From assembly GCA_963793865.1 (NCBI GenBank), contig CAWCBP010000008.1, forward strand, positions 673,755 through 737,754: a DNA stretch of 64,000 nucleotides, given 5' to 3'. Both the position numbers and the translations under genes were made by a program. The notes under the pieces are model-generated. The model saw only the letters and a list, made by a program, of their open reading frames with translations. It ran no database searches and was not told where the DNA came from. The DNA is from an uncultured delta proteobacterium (lineage in GTDB: Bacteria > Desulfobacterota > WTBG01). Shown here piece after piece: positions 41,111-52,845 of this stretch (positions within the stretch are counted from its first letter, which is position 1; each line of letters begins with the position of its first letter).

Positions 41111-43292
41111 TCAGTATAGCTCTATAATCTTTGTGCCGGCCGTGTCAAAGACTTTTCTTCCCAGCGCCAGCAGCTTTTCCTCGTTCAGCTTTTTAAAGCT
41201 ATCCCGTTCCAGGGTGCCGATTATAATGTACTCAATCTGATATTTCTCAAGAACGGCCCTGGTAGCGGGAAGATCATCAGATTCGTAGACGGCGGCAACT
41301 TCGCCGGCCCGTCCGGAAACCATTTCTGAATTACCCCGCCACAGCCACTGGTGAACGAACCACCCGAGAACGGTGGGGAGACCGGTGGCCATCGAAATCC
41401 TTCCGTAATCGGTGTAGCTGTCCCCGTTGGCCTCAAGTATTACCGGCTGTCCCGTGATGTTTTGATTGAACCACTCTGCGGCGGCAGCGTCGCCCGGGGC
41501 CTGTCCTCTCAAAAAAGACAGGCCGTCAAGCCCGCGGTACCGATTGGGAAGGGGTGATCCATAGTACCCCGGTACCGCATGCAAAGGATAGAGCAGGGGC
41601 AGAATGAGCACGATCAGGAGCGCCGTGTTTACTGCATGGTGAAGAAAACCCCGCCCCCCACGGGAAATGACCCTGATGGCGGCGTACCCCACCCCGATGC
41701 CAAGCATGATGAAAGCCTGGTAGGTAAGCTTGAACATGGTGTTGGCGCGATGGAAGGAGGGTACGTAGATGTCCTTTACGTAGATGATTTCAGGCAGGAT
41801 GATTAACACTAGCCGCGGAGAAAAAAAGTATCAGTACAAACACATCGGAGCTCCCGGCAGTTTTGCTATTCCCATCGTGCAGATGAGTTGATCGCCTCTG
41901 ATAAAGCAACACCACCGCAAAACAGATCACAAAAAGAAGCTGGTATCCCCACAGCACCATGAGCTGATAAAGGGGTGACCGGGCATGGGTGAAACCCAAT
42001 CCTTGAGAAAAAGGCTTAAAATGGAGGAGAAAGGGGATCACCATCACCGCGGCCAGTGCGACGATGGCGAGGCATGGCAGAATAAGCGCGGCCGCTGTTT
42101 TCCAGCGGGATTGAAACGGGGCGCGTTTTGTACAGAGCACTACAAAACCGGCAACCATGAGATAGATGGGAAGATCCCAGGGGTTGGTCATATAAAAAAG
42201 GGCGAGCAGTAAGGCGCACAACAGGAAAAGGAGCGCCGGTTGATAAAAGCCTTGACCGCCCTGCCGCGTATCCCTTGTCCCGGCCGGACTCACAAACCAG
42301 GCGAGCAGCAGCGCTATAAAGCTGATGACAAAAGGGATGCTGAGCACATGGCTGTGGAGGTCCGAGACCACAAAGGAGTAGCAGGGAAATTCATGTATGG
42401 TTTTGTCGTCGGTTGGCGGGTTATAGCCGATGTAACGGGTGGCATCGGGATACCAGTAACTCTTTATCTCGCCCCCATAAAGATCGGCCCGTTTCGCCAG
42501 GGGGAGCAGGTGAGCGTAAATACAGGTGTGCAGGTTACCCCCGCAGGCAACCAGAAGGGCTGCAATCAATCCGCCGGCAATCACTTTTTTAACCGCCTGC
42601 CTTCCCTGAAGAAAAACCAGGTTTCCCGCGAGAGAGAAGACCAGAGAAAAGGTGAGGGAAAAGAGGGTGGCAATCATCAGATTGTAGGCAACTGATGGTG
42701 TAATGCCGGTAAGTTTAATCAGCATCGCGCAGATCAGGTGGCCAAAATAGTAATAGTTGATACTCTCCCCCGCAAACCACATGTCCGGGGGCGGCATAAA
42801 GCGTGTGCGCAGGATTGCATTCACGAATCCGTAATTCATGAATTTTTCCAGGCCATGAATGTCCGGCTGCAGCCCCCTGATGCACGACCACGCCACCAGT
42901 CCGGACAGGAACAGGACTTCCTCGCAGAGGAAAATCCTGAAGTGTGTTTTCGTCAACCCGATGCCGGTGCGGCTCCCTTTGAAAAGAAGCCACAGCCCGC
43001 CCGCAGCGGCGATAAGCGCTGCAGTGATTGCGGTGCGGGAGAATGATGCGATGCCCAGGGAAGAGCAGAGCCAGACAGCGTAGCTGGTGAGTGCGAGGCC
43101 GATGGTTTTTGAAAAAAGATAGCCGCGGTCAAAAAACCGGGCAAACACCCTTCCGGCTGCGGGCAGAAAGATCCATCCCATGATGAGGATGCACAACCAC
43201 CAGAGAAGAAGGGCGAGGAGATCCTTCCCCATGATGATTCCCGCGAGGGTGAGGGTAACGGCGAGCACGACACCCATCAATTTTTCCGTCAT
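41111..43292 (-). CDS. DUF2298 (YYY-motif) membrane protein, GT-C-like; frameshift near 41810
   Basis: EKFMNYGF, PPPDMWFAG..INYYYFGH, TIHEFP.YSF..DLH.H, RANTMFK..YQ, TGLPTVLGW..H..LWRG. Confidence 0.85.
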
Positions 43293-43311
43293 GGCAGCCG
43301 CCGGTGTTTGG

Positions 43312-44614
43312 TTAGTGAGATTGTGCGTTGTCCACCAGGCGTGCGATCCTTCTTCCCATCCTGATGGCGTAATTTTGTCCCCTGTCTTCCGGGTAAATCT
43401 GGGCCATGCTTGCCAGGTAGAGGTTATTGACGGGAGTGGCAAGGGGCGGAAGGATACGGGAATATCCCCGACAAATAACCGGCTGGACATCGCGTGCCCG
43501 GTTTACCTGTACTTTGAGGATGGTGGACCTGTCCCATTGGGGAAACAGGCGCATGAGGGCATTGAGGAACTGCTCCTGGAGATGCTCATCGGATGACCGG
43601 AAGAGGTCACTTTTTTCATCTGCGTATCTGGAGAGATAGACGGCGTGGCAGCGATACCCGTCATCAGGAAGCAGATTGGTGTGCTCCACCACGGCGATAA
43701 AGGGGCAGGCCATGTCTGCCACGGTAATCCAGTAGTAGGGAGAGAGCGGCCGGGCAAGCTCTAAGAGCGTGCAGATATGTGCCTTGTATTTGATCCCCGC
43801 TATGCTTTCGCGGTAACAGCCGGGCAGTGGCAGCTCCATGTCCAGCATGGCTGATGGTGCCGAGGTCAGTATGACTGCCTCAAAATGCTCGCTACGACCG
43901 CCACAGAATACCTCGAGAGATCCGTCTGCGTGCGGTGTTATCCGTGATACCATCTGTGAGCACCTGATGCTGCCGCCGCATTCCCTGATCTTCGAAGCCA
44001 ACGCGTCATACAGCATCATGAACGTTCCCTGCATATAGCCCAGTCGCTCCCTGAGCAGGTGTTTCCTCGTTGCGCTGCGAAGCTTTATCCTGCTCCAGAG
44101 CCACGCGGCTGATATGACATCCGCGTCCCGGTCAAATTTGGAATGCAGGAGCGGCGCCCAGACTTTTTCGTACACCTGTTCCCCCGCGTGCCTGATTATC
44201 CATTCTCTGGCGGTGCTGTGGTCGAGATTTTCCCAGTCGGTTGTCAGTCGCGCTTTCAGCAGAAAAAGTGCCAGAGAAAACCGCTCAGCGGGTGAGAGTT
44301 CCCTGCAGGTGAAGAGGTCAGCGGGGGAGCTGAAGGGAACAAGCGCACGGTTGATGTACATGCCGTTCCGGGGAGAAAGCCAGCACAGCCGGGATGACAG
44401 CTTCAGCTCCTCGATCAAATGAATGATGTCAGTATCGCAGGTAAAGAGGTGATGGTAAAATTTCTCCAGTTGCTTATCGCCGACCCGGACCGTATCTATA
44501 AGTCTTCCATGCCGTTCTTCACGTTCAAACAGGGATACCCTGTGTCCTTTCTTCGGCAAGCTCGTAGCCGGCCGTCAACCCGGTTGGTCCTGCCCCGATA
44601 ATAGCAATATCCAT
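43312..44614 (-). CDS. NAD(P)/FAD-dependent oxidoreductase (protoporphyrinogen/amine oxidase-like); frameshift near 44555
   Basis: True start MDIAIIGAGPTGLTAGYEL at 44614; LEKFYHHLF; C-terminal QIYPEDRGQNYAI. Confidence 0.85.
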
Positions 44615-44667
44615 CTCCGGATGTCCTCCCCGCACGGAACCTTGTCTATCCGGCGGTCCATTTTCGC

Positions 44668-46479
44668 TCAAGGCTGTCCATTGTCCGGTGTTGCCTGTGA
44701 AAGCAAGTCCCGGCAGGCATCTCCGGAAAGCGCTCTTGCCTTGCGGTAGATGCGGACCGGCGGATGATCATACACCCAGAATGATTCTTCGGCGGCTGAG
44801 TCATTGATCTCCCGGCCGAACAGCCGCGGATAGGAGGTGCCTGCATACACCTCCTCAAATCCCAGCCCGCCGGACTCCAGCAGGCCATAATAGCGGGACA
44901 TGACCGGAAAGTAAACCGGAAGTCTTCCGACCGTTTCCCGCGCCCGCGGACTCGACAGGATAAGGTAGTCTGCTCTCCCGAGATCATCGCAGAGATTCTT
45001 GACTTTTTCCCCGTTGTCGGGGTTGTACACATGCATGAGGAACGATTCAAATGGCCTGTACTCCAACCCTTCCCGCCTGAAGAACTCATCAGCCAGGCGG
45101 AGGGGAAGGGGATCATCCCATGCTTCATTGGCCAGCACACTCCCTTCAGGGACATTCCGATAGATCCATTGAGAGGCGGCAACTCGTGTTGTGTCCCGGG
45201 CATAGATAGTAACGTAGGCGAGTGCCCAGAGGGCCGTTAGTGCAAAAACGATTATGGACACAGCCCTGGATAATGCATGAAACCTGGTTAAAAAGGCCTC
45301 GCAGGCATACGCCGCGAAGAGTAGCAAAAAAGGCGCGGCGGGCAGAAGATAGCGCATGGATTTAACAAAAGGTGTTCCCCCGTAGGCGAAGGCAATCACT
45401 ATCCATATCAACGCCAGGAGGGCCGGGGCCGATACTGCCTCCGTCCGGGGCACCCGCTTCCGCCGGGCAAGAATTTGTATGGACGAGGCGAGAAACAGTC
45501 CCATGCCGAGCAATGCAGCACAGCCCAGAGGCAGGCCCAGTCCCCAAAGCAGTATGTTTTTTAGAGGAAAGAAGACGGGGGCGGTGTTTACCCACTGCCA
45601 CTGAGAGGGAAACATGGCCTTTCCGGCAATGGCCTGCCGCTGTGCCTCCAGCACGTTCCAGAAATACGGCTGCGGGGTGAGGTCAAACCAGTTGCTTGAG
45701 GCAAAGGCATAGGGTTGAATCAGCCGGTAGGTGCAATAGCTGAAGAGTGCGTAAAAAAGTGTGCTTCCCGCGAGGGAAAGAAAGCAGTGATACCACGCCC
45801 CTCTCCTGTATGTCAGCGCAGCTTTGATGACCAGGGCCAAAAGAATGATGACCATGAATAGAAAGGCTGATGCCTTGCAGGCAAGGGCACAGCCGAAGCT
45901 GACTCCGATGAGGCTGCTGAGCAAGAGTGTCCGGTGCTGATTTTTTTCTAAAAAGATGATCAGCAGCAGAAAGGTCACCGCAATCCAGAACACCAGAAAG
46001 GTGTCAACGGTAAAGAAATGGCTCTGCTGGATGTGCATGACCGTAACAGCATAGAGGGCTGAGGAAAGGATTCCCGCCCTGACCGAAAACAGCCGTGTCG
46101 CAATGAGGTATACGAGCAGCAGGCTGCCGAGATCAAACAGGGCGCTCAGGGTCCTCCCCACCAGGTGCGTTGTGCCATAGGTGTGCATCTTGCAGAGTGT
46201 TGCCACCCCCTTGGTTAAAAACAGCGGAAAGGTGCCGTAAATGTAAGACCGGTGGTGCTCGTTGTTGTATGGTGAGAGCGGGGAGGTTTCGATGTTGAAG
46301 TACCCGGCAAAGCTGTCCGGCCAGGAGATGTTCAGGACCGTCAGCACCATGAATCGTTCATCGGGGTGGAGGTGGTGTGAGTCATCCCAGTTCACGCCGT
46401 ACAGCCGCAGCCCGCTTCCCAGAAGAAGGATGAGCAGGAGCAGCATTTTTTTTCTGGGGGATGCTCCGGTGCCCTTCAT
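44668..46479 (-). CDS. GT39/PMT_2-like membrane glycosyltransferase
   Basis: WDDSHHLHPDER, YGTFP, IQQSHFFTVD, EAWDDPLP, AEESFWVYDHP. Confidence 0.85.
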   Translation of the reverse strand: MKGTGASPRKKMLLLLILLLGSGLRLYGVNWDDSHHLHPDERFMVLTVLNISWPDSFAGYFNIETSPLSPYNNEHHRSYIYGTFPLFLTKGVATLCKMHTYGTTHLVGRTLSALFDLGSLLLVYLIATRLFSVRAGILSSALYAVTVMHIQQSHFFTVDTFLVFWIAVTFLLLIIFLEKNQHRTLLLSSLIGVSFGCALACKASAFLFMVIILLALVIKAALTYRRGAWYHCFLSLAGSTLFYALFSYCTYRLIQPYAFASSNWFDLTPQPYFWNVLEAQRQAIAGKAMFPSQWQWVNTAPVFFPLKNILLWGLGLPLGCAALLGMGLFLASSIQILARRKRVPRTEAVSAPALLALIWIVIAFAYGGTPFVKSMRYLLPAAPFLLLFAAYACEAFLTRFHALSRAVSIIVFALTALWALAYVTIYARDTTRVAASQWIYRNVPEGSVLANEAWDDPLPLRLADEFFRREGLEYRPFESFLMHVYNPDNGEKVKNLCDDLGRADYLILSSPRARETVGRLPVYFPVMSRYYGLLESGGLGFEEVYAGTSYPRLFGREINDSAAEESFWVYDHPPVRIYRKARALSGDACRDLLSQATPDNGQP

Positions 46480-47264
46480 GGGTTCTTCTCCAGCACAAAA
46501 AAGAGGGCGGCCGCGTCTGCGGCGGGGATGTCATCTCTCACCAGGGGAGAAAGCAGCAGGTGCAGGGGAACCAGTTCAAACAGGAATGGGAAGAGGACCC
46601 ATTTTCCGCAGAGACGGTGCGATACAAGCGCCGGGGCCGACAGATAATGTGCCAGCTCGAGCCAGCGACTCGCCCTTTTATCCATGTATCCGATGACCGC
46701 CCTCGGAAGAAGACCTGCCTGTTCAAACCGGGCACGCCACTCCCCGGCGTGCAGCAGATGCTTATGGTCCTGCCGTCGTCTCAGCCAGGCGGCGTAGGAC
46801 TGCCCCAACCAGGCCCTGCCGAGAAGATACGCCTCCCACCGCTCTGTCATCACCGAACAGAGCACCGTTCCCCTCCATTTCAATATCCGGGCCAATTCCT
46901 GAATGGTGTGCTGCACATCCTCGACGTGTTCCAGAACGCTGTTGCTCATGATGAGATCAAACGAACCGGTTTTAAAGGGAAGCAGTGCGCCATCGGCACG
47001 GGTTGCATGGTTGTCGATTCCTTCTGCTCCCTTCGTCACAACCGTTTTTTCGGCTCGATCGGCAGCGGTGAGGGATGCCCCCAACCCCTTCAGGAGAGTC
47101 CTGCTGAAAAAGCCGTCTCCGGAGCCGAAGTCGAGGATGCGGTACCCGGGTTCGGAAACTGCGGCGGGCAAAAACCGGTGAAACAGCTCCAGCTCCTTGG
47201 CCCTGATCAACCCCAGAAACAGAGGGCGGCTTTGAAAATAGGTTTTTAAAAAGGTGTTAAGCAT
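46476..47264 (-). CDS. Class I SAM-dependent methyltransferase
   Basis: ILDFGSGDG, LPFKTGSFD, SNSVLEHV. Confidence 0.85.
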   Translation of the reverse strand: MLNTFLKTYFQSRPLFLGLIRAKELELFHRFLPAAVSEPGYRILDFGSGDGFFSRTLLKGLGASLTAADRAEKTVVTKGAEGIDNHATRADGALLPFKTGSFDLIMSNSVLEHVEDVQHTIQELARILKWRGTVLCSVMTERWEAYLLGRAWLGQSYAAWLRRRQDHKHLLHAGEWRARFEQAGLLPRAVIGYMDKRASRWLELAHYLSAPALVSHRLCGKWVLFPFLFELVPLHLLLSPLVRDDIPAADAAALFFVLEKNP

Positions 47265-48400
47265 GCCGTGCCCGGTTATAAAGTTCCAGGTATTGATGTG
47301 CCGCCTGTTCCACCGAGAAAATTCTGCGGACTTCATCCATATTCCCCCGGTAGCTGTTTATGTCCGTGAGCACCTTGACGATCTTTCCGGCCAGGTCGTC
47401 GCTATCGGCGCGCCGGGCGATTTCTCCCATGCCGGTGACCTGCACCGGAACGGTTACACCGGGAAGATCGGTTGCCACAACCGGCGTTCCATGGGCCATG
47501 GCCTCTATCTGCACCATGCCGAACGCCTCCGTGGAATTGATGCTGGAAACAACCAGCAGGTCAATAGTCCGGTAAAAGTGGCTCAGCTGGTTTTGATTGA
47601 GCTGTCCCAGGCAGCAGACATCCGAGCGGTGCCGCTCAAGCAGGGGTGTAAGGGATGCAAGGTAGCGTTCTTCCCCGACGGCATGCATGTCTCCGGCAAT
47701 AACCAGTTTCAGCCCGGGGAATCTTGTTTTGAGTGCAGGCAATGCACGCAAACAATATTCAATGCCCTTGTCTGCCGCAAACCGGGTTGCCATCCCGATG
47801 AGCGGGCCGGCTCCCTCAGCCCGCAATGCAGTAAGTTTGTCCACTGGTTGGGTAAACGCCGGTATCTCAATGGGGGGATAAATGGCAATGACCGTGGTTT
47901 TGAACTTTGCCAGCACCCGCGAATGGCTGGCAAAATCGAGCGGTGCAGGAAGCGATGGCGTCCGAGAGTCTGAGCGTCAGGGTATGACTGAGATCGACAA
48001 TAGCGGTCAGCACCCTTCTACCCTTGAAGGGGGGGAGATGAAGATCACACGCGTAGGTGCTCACCACTTTTTTGCCTAACAGCTTTGCGAGCAGGGCTAT
48101 ACCAAGCGCTTCGAGGGAGGGAAGATTCAGGTGCACGATGTCTGTTGTTCGCAAAGGGCCCCAGGCGGAGAGCAGCGTAAGGGGTGCGAACAGGCCTTTG
48201 TTGATCTTAAAGAGGTAGGGCACTCGCACCAGGTTGACCCCGTTGCATGTTTCTCTTAAGGGCAGGGTTTTATCATGCTGAGCGGCAATGAGGGTAACAG
48301 CGTGCCCGAGGGAGTGATAATATTCCGCCAGTCTCTTGAAGAAGAGGGTCAGCCCGCTTACGTGGGGATGATAGTAGGTTGTGTGCATGAGGATGTTCAT
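47257..48400 (-). CDS. Glycosyltransferase family 4; frameshift near 47940
   Basis: YYHPHVSGL, KGIEY, EAFGMVQIEAMAHGTPVV. Confidence 0.88.
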
Positions 48401-50064
48401 GGTTCTTTCAGTAATGCCAGGATGCGGGCAGCGGGCAACCGTTCGCTGTTTTTGAATATTTGTACGACGGGATGGTCGAATACCTGAAACGTTTCCTCAG
48501 CCCGGTCATCATTGATTTCGATACCCCACAGCGCGGGGTAGGAGGCAAATTTCCACACCGGCATGTATCCCAGCAGGCCGGCAAACAGCTTCCGGTAGTA
48601 TCCGCTGGTCAGTGGATATTGATCCTGTGCCCGGCCGATGGTGCCTGAAAGCCTGCGGCTCGCCACTATGAGATAGTCTCCTTCCGCCAGCATGCCCGCC
48701 ATGGCCTGCATCTTTGCGTCCGTGTCCGCATCATAATTATTCATGGTTACAAAGCGAAACGGCGGGAGTTCCCGGCCTGCAAGGTGCACCGGCAATCCAT
48801 AATCCCAGTGCTCCCGCAGTATCACGCTCTGCGGCGGAATATTCTCATATATCCACTGCGATGCCGCCGTTCTCGTGGCCGGCGAACGGTAGATGGACAT
48901 GAACATCAATGCCCAGAGCGCAGAGGTAATCAGGGTGAAGACGGTGAGGATAACGGCAAGCGGTCGATCCTGTCTATGATCCAGCATCCTGTCGAAGAGC
49001 CGGCTGGTGCCCAGGATGAGAAAAGGAAGCAGGAAGACGGTGTAGCGAATGAACTTGGCATACCAGCTTCCTGCATATATCCAGTAAACCATGGCGAACA
49101 GGAGCAGCGGAAGCGCATCGGCAGTCTCCTTTCTCCTGGCCATGGCAGCGAGCCACATGAGCATGCCCACAAAACCCGCCGTCGGAATAACCATGCCGGC
49201 GTGCCAGTGGAGGTTCTTAAAAAAAAACCAGTACGGCAGGGTTCCCTGGAACTGCAGCGTATAGGGAACCTGCACCCTGCCCCACACGACATTGCTCTCG
49301 TACCTCATGGTATCAATGAACGCGGAAAACTTTAAGATCGAGTAGGGCGACACCAGGACAAACACCGCGAAGGCTGCCAGAAATAAGGGAATGGCTCTCC
49401 ACAAAATCCCGGGGTTTCTTTCCCGATACAACAGGAGGGCCCCTGCCGTGACAGGAACTGCCGGGAACAGAAGGGCTGACGATTTTGCTCCCATGGCAAG
49501 GCCGCAGAGCAGCGACATGGCGTACCAGTGCCGCGGAACAAATGTTTTTGCCTGCACCGCATGGAGGGCAAGAGCCGAAAGAGCCAGCAGCAGGAAAAGG
49601 AGCAGGCTTTCCGTAACGCCGTAATGCGCTGCCTGAATGAGACCCACGGACACTGCGGTAAGAAAGGCAGCCAGGAGCGCGCCCGTTTCACTGATTGCCT
49701 TTTTTCCTATCCGGTAGACGAGATAGATGGACAGGGTGGAAAAGAGCGCGGAGAGAAGGCGGCCGATCAGCGCTATGCGCGACCATGAGCCTGTCCAGGA
49801 AGGGTCGCCCGTAAGGGCTGACGCCAGCTGGGCAGCGGCCCGGTAAAGATAAAGGGGAAATCCGTTGTAGGCAAAAAAATCCGGATTTAGCTGATGAGGA
49901 ATGGCAATCCTGGAAACGGCGGCGGTAATATTCATTTCGTCGGGATGATAGTTGTAGCCGTCATCCCAGCTCAAATTGTAAAACCTGCATATCCCCCCTG
50001 CCAGCAGTATGAGGAAAAGGAGGAAGACATGCGTTTTACTGCTGATCCCCGGTTCGATTACCAC
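48397..50064 (-). CDS. GT39/PMT_2-like membrane glycosyltransferase (paralogue of 44668-46479)
   Basis: WDDGYNYHPDE, FFAYNGFP, IQAAHY, EHWDYGLP, AEETFQVFDHP. Confidence 0.85.
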   Translation of the reverse strand: MVIEPGISSKTHVFLLFLILLAGGICRFYNLSWDDGYNYHPDEMNITAAVSRIAIPHQLNPDFFAYNGFPLYLYRAAAQLASALTGDPSWTGSWSRIALIGRLLSALFSTLSIYLVYRIGKKAISETGALLAAFLTAVSVGLIQAAHYGVTESLLLFLLLALSALALHAVQAKTFVPRHWYAMSLLCGLAMGAKSSALLFPAVPVTAGALLLYRERNPGILWRAIPLFLAAFAVFVLVSPYSILKFSAFIDTMRYESNVVWGRVQVPYTLQFQGTLPYWFFFKNLHWHAGMVIPTAGFVGMLMWLAAMARRKETADALPLLLFAMVYWIYAGSWYAKFIRYTVFLLPFLILGTSRLFDRMLDHRQDRPLAVILTVFTLITSALWALMFMSIYRSPATRTAASQWIYENIPPQSVILREHWDYGLPVHLAGRELPPFRFVTMNNYDADTDAKMQAMAGMLAEGDYLIVASRRLSGTIGRAQDQYPLTSGYYRKLFAGLLGYMPVWKFASYPALWGIEINDDRAEETFQVFDHPVVQIFKNSERLPAARILALLKEP

Positions 50065-50142
50065 GGCTCAGACCTCGATCAGTACGGATAATTTTCTTGT
50101 TGTGGACACTACTGATATGCCGTGATTGATGGCGGTCCGCTG

Positions 50143-50826
50143 TCAGGGGTATGCACACCAGGGCACAGTTGGACAGGGGGGGCAGGGATTCAAAATGCTG
50201 CTTCTTCCAAAGTCCTTTTTGAAAATGAAGGCATCGGAACCATCACAGTCATGGTCACAGTCGAAATCACCGTTACAGGGAGCGGCAGCGGTACAGGGCC
50301 GCAATAAGCTACTTCTCCCGAAATCCTGCTTGAAGGTAAAGGCATCAGATCCATTCTGATCCGCGTCCTGATCAAAGTTTCCCTCGCATTCACAGGCATC
50401 GCCGCATCCATTGCCACCTGGTGGAAATGAATCCTCTTGATACATACTGCAATAGCCATTCTCCCCACACCCAGCATCGCCCATACACGGCGATCCGATA
50501 GCGCCGGCAATACAGGTGCCCGCCAGTGGGCCGTTCGGAACAGCGGGACAGTTGTCATTACAGGCTAAGATTTCTCCTGTAACGCAAGGATGGTCCCAGC
50601 CATGGTCCGGAACACCGTCACCGTCACTATCGAGGATCATGGTTGTAGTTGTTGATGTCGGTGGAGGTGTGGGTGTCGGGGTAGGCGTTGGCGTGGGTGT
50701 CGGTGTAGGCGTTGGCGTCGGTGTAGGCGTAGGTGTGGGTGTCGGCGTCGGTGTTGGCGTTTGTGCCAGCAGAGCAGCCGCTGATAAGAATAAGCCCAAT
50801 GCGATTGCTAATTGCTTCCCTTTCAT
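50143..50826 (-). CDS. Exported protein: (PT)n linker, thrombospondin type-3-like repeat, Cys-rich dockerin/EF-hand-like duplicated motif
   Basis: Signal peptide, about 15 TP repeats, DSDGDGVPD..DNCPAVPN, two GxFDxDxDxxGSDAFxFKxDFGRS units. Confidence 0.8.
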   Translation of the reverse strand: MKGKQLAIALGLFLSAAALLAQTPTPTPTPTPTPTPTPTPTPTPTPTPTPTPTPPPTSTTTTMILDSDGDGVPDHGWDHPCVTGEILACNDNCPAVPNGPLAGTCIAGAIGSPCMGDAGCGENGYCSMYQEDSFPPGGNGCGDACECEGNFDQDADQNGSDAFTFKQDFGRSSLLRPCTAAAPCNGDFDCDHDCDGSDAFIFKKDFGRSSILNPCPPCPTVPWCAYP

Positions 50827-50980
50827 TGCTTGCCTGCTTTTCCTACCTGTTGCAAATTACTAACGGCGCCTGTTGTCAACCTGAATAAACTCATCTGCCT
50901 GTGCTTTTTTATACCACCTTTTACCTGTGAGGTCTAGGGTATTCTAACCTCAAAGCTGCCTTAAGAATACCGATTGTTTA

Positions 50981-51009
50981 TTGACACATATTCATCAACA
51001 GCCTATACT
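50981..51009 (+). promoter_or_regulatory. Sigma70-like promoter
   Basis: TTGACA-17 bp-TATACT. Confidence 0.55.
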
Positions 51010-51106
51010 TTCTTCGTTTCAGGGCGGTTTCCCTGCCCGATGATTGGGCAGATGAAGCTTTGAATGGATCAGAGCATCTCCGGATATTGCGATAAACACT
51101 CTGGTA

Positions 51107-52675
51107 TTGCAGGAGTACATGATCGTGCGATATTCCTGGATTCCCATTGTTATAACCCTGGTTATTTTAAGTTTTGTGTACACAGTTGACCTGGGGGAAA
51201 ATCCCTCCGGGTTTTTTTGTGATGAAGCGCTGTATGGTTTGAGAAGTTACGAAATCTGGCAGGGAGATGTAACGTCGTTGGTGAATCCATTTTTTTATAA
51301 ACACTTCGGGTATCTACAGGGTGCTCTCTTTATCTATTCCCCCCTTCTGTTCGTAAAAATGTTTGGTCTTTCCGAATTTTCCGTTCGGTTAACCTCGGTT
51401 GTTTTTGGATTGTTCACCCTGATGATGGTCTGGGAAACGCTGCGCTTTGTGAAAATTCGTCATCCCTGGGTTCCGGTACTCATCTTTGGCGCTACCCCCA
51501 TTGTCATTCACATTTTCCGAATATATTTCGGCATGACACCCAGCATGTTTTTCATGGCGGCCGGGTACTATCTTTATGTGCGATCAAGCATGAATCATCG
51601 CCCGCCATTAGGAGTTGCTGCCGGCTTGATTATGGGCATATCTGCTTACGGCTACAGCGCATTTCAGATATCAGCCCTTTTGCTGTTCATGGCTATTCTG
51701 ATAACGGAATTGCTGCAGCATGGATTAAAAATCCGCCGCTATAAAATTGTTGCCTGTTTATTTTTGGGGTTGGCATTGGCTTATATTCCCTTCTGTTATA
51801 CGGCGGTGAAGGAACCGGATTTTTTTAAGCGCCTGCATGACAAGCATACTCCCTTTATCCAATTGAATGCGGGACGGGTGCAGCACATGATTCAAAATTA
51901 CCCGAAATACTATTCTCCAGACTATTTATTCTTCAAAGGGGAAACGGGAATGCCGGGCGCATTTATTGACCGACATGCAGTTAAGGGTGCCGGCCTGCTT
52001 TTGCAATCAAGCATTGGATTGATTATCTTGTTTTTTGTTAAAGTATTCTTCGGTCGCGATGAGCGATTGCGCTATTTCCTGCCGTTTTTTTTCCTGATCT
52101 TTCTGTACCCTGTTCCCGATCTTATCACAACCACAGATGAGAATGCCCCATACACGTTTTCTGCATCGGGCTCTTTCATTCTTTTGCCGTTTGTTTTTGC
52201 TTACGGCTGGGAATTACTGGTGTCCGTTACTGATTATTTTAAAAAGAAGTATGCGGCGGTTGGATATATGCTTTTAGCCGGAATGGCGGGAATCTGTATC
52301 CTTGAAGCAGGCTTGTTCTACAGCAATCAGTACCGGCGTTATCCACTGGTGTCTTCAGATTTTTGGGGTTGGCAGGCAGGGCCGAGAGAAATAATTACAT
52401 ATTTTAGTGACCACCGTGACGAATATGATGATTTTTACATGCAGGGGGCATTTAACGAGCCGCAGATATTTTTGGATTTCTATCTGGTTGACTCACCCCT
52501 CAGAGAACGCGCATTTATCGGCTCGCCGCCTCCCGTACCAATTATTAGGAGACGGCTGTTTGCCATGAGTGATGGTGAATTGAAAGAGCAGGCTTACGCA
52601 AAAAGCCTGCGCGTAGTTCATTCACTTTACTACCCGAACGGCAATCCATCATTTCACTTGGCAACCATCAAGTGA
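51107..52675 (+). CDS. ArnT/GT39-like membrane glycosyltransferase (AT-richer)
   Basis: PSGFFCDEA, FGLSEFSVRL, multiple TMs, YYSPDYLFFKG. Confidence 0.8.
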   Translation: MQEYMIVRYSWIPIVITLVILSFVYTVDLGENPSGFFCDEALYGLRSYEIWQGDVTSLVNPFFYKHFGYLQGALFIYSPLLFVKMFGLSEFSVRLTSVVFGLFTLMMVWETLRFVKIRHPWVPVLIFGATPIVIHIFRIYFGMTPSMFFMAAGYYLYVRSSMNHRPPLGVAAGLIMGISAYGYSAFQISALLLFMAILITELLQHGLKIRRYKIVACLFLGLALAYIPFCYTAVKEPDFFKRLHDKHTPFIQLNAGRVQHMIQNYPKYYSPDYLFFKGETGMPGAFIDRHAVKGAGLLLQSSIGLIILFFVKVFFGRDERLRYFLPFFFLIFLYPVPDLITTTDENAPYTFSASGSFILLPFVFAYGWELLVSVTDYFKKKYAAVGYMLLAGMAGICILEAGLFYSNQYRRYPLVSSDFWGWQAGPREIITYFSDHRDEYDDFYMQGAFNEPQIFLDFYLVDSPLRERAFIGSPPPVPIIRRRLFAMSDGELKEQAYAKSLRVVHSLYYPNGNPSFHLATIK

Positions 52676-52845
52676 CGCCATCCAAAGATAACTATGAATT
52701 TTTGATTTTCCGGATTTCAGCTGGAGTTCACCCCGTGCTTGATACGGGGCGGGGAATGACAGTGTTAGCGGATTGCCTGGATTGTGAGAGGCGCATTAAA
52801 GGTGAGGAAAGAAGCTGCGTAAAACTTTTTGTATGATGATGCAGC

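Noticed and set aside
50516..50863. Plus-strand ORFs with (GV)n repeats (also 39539-39886)
   Set aside because: Antisense shadows of the Pro-Thr repeat genes, which have signal peptides and recognisable domains.
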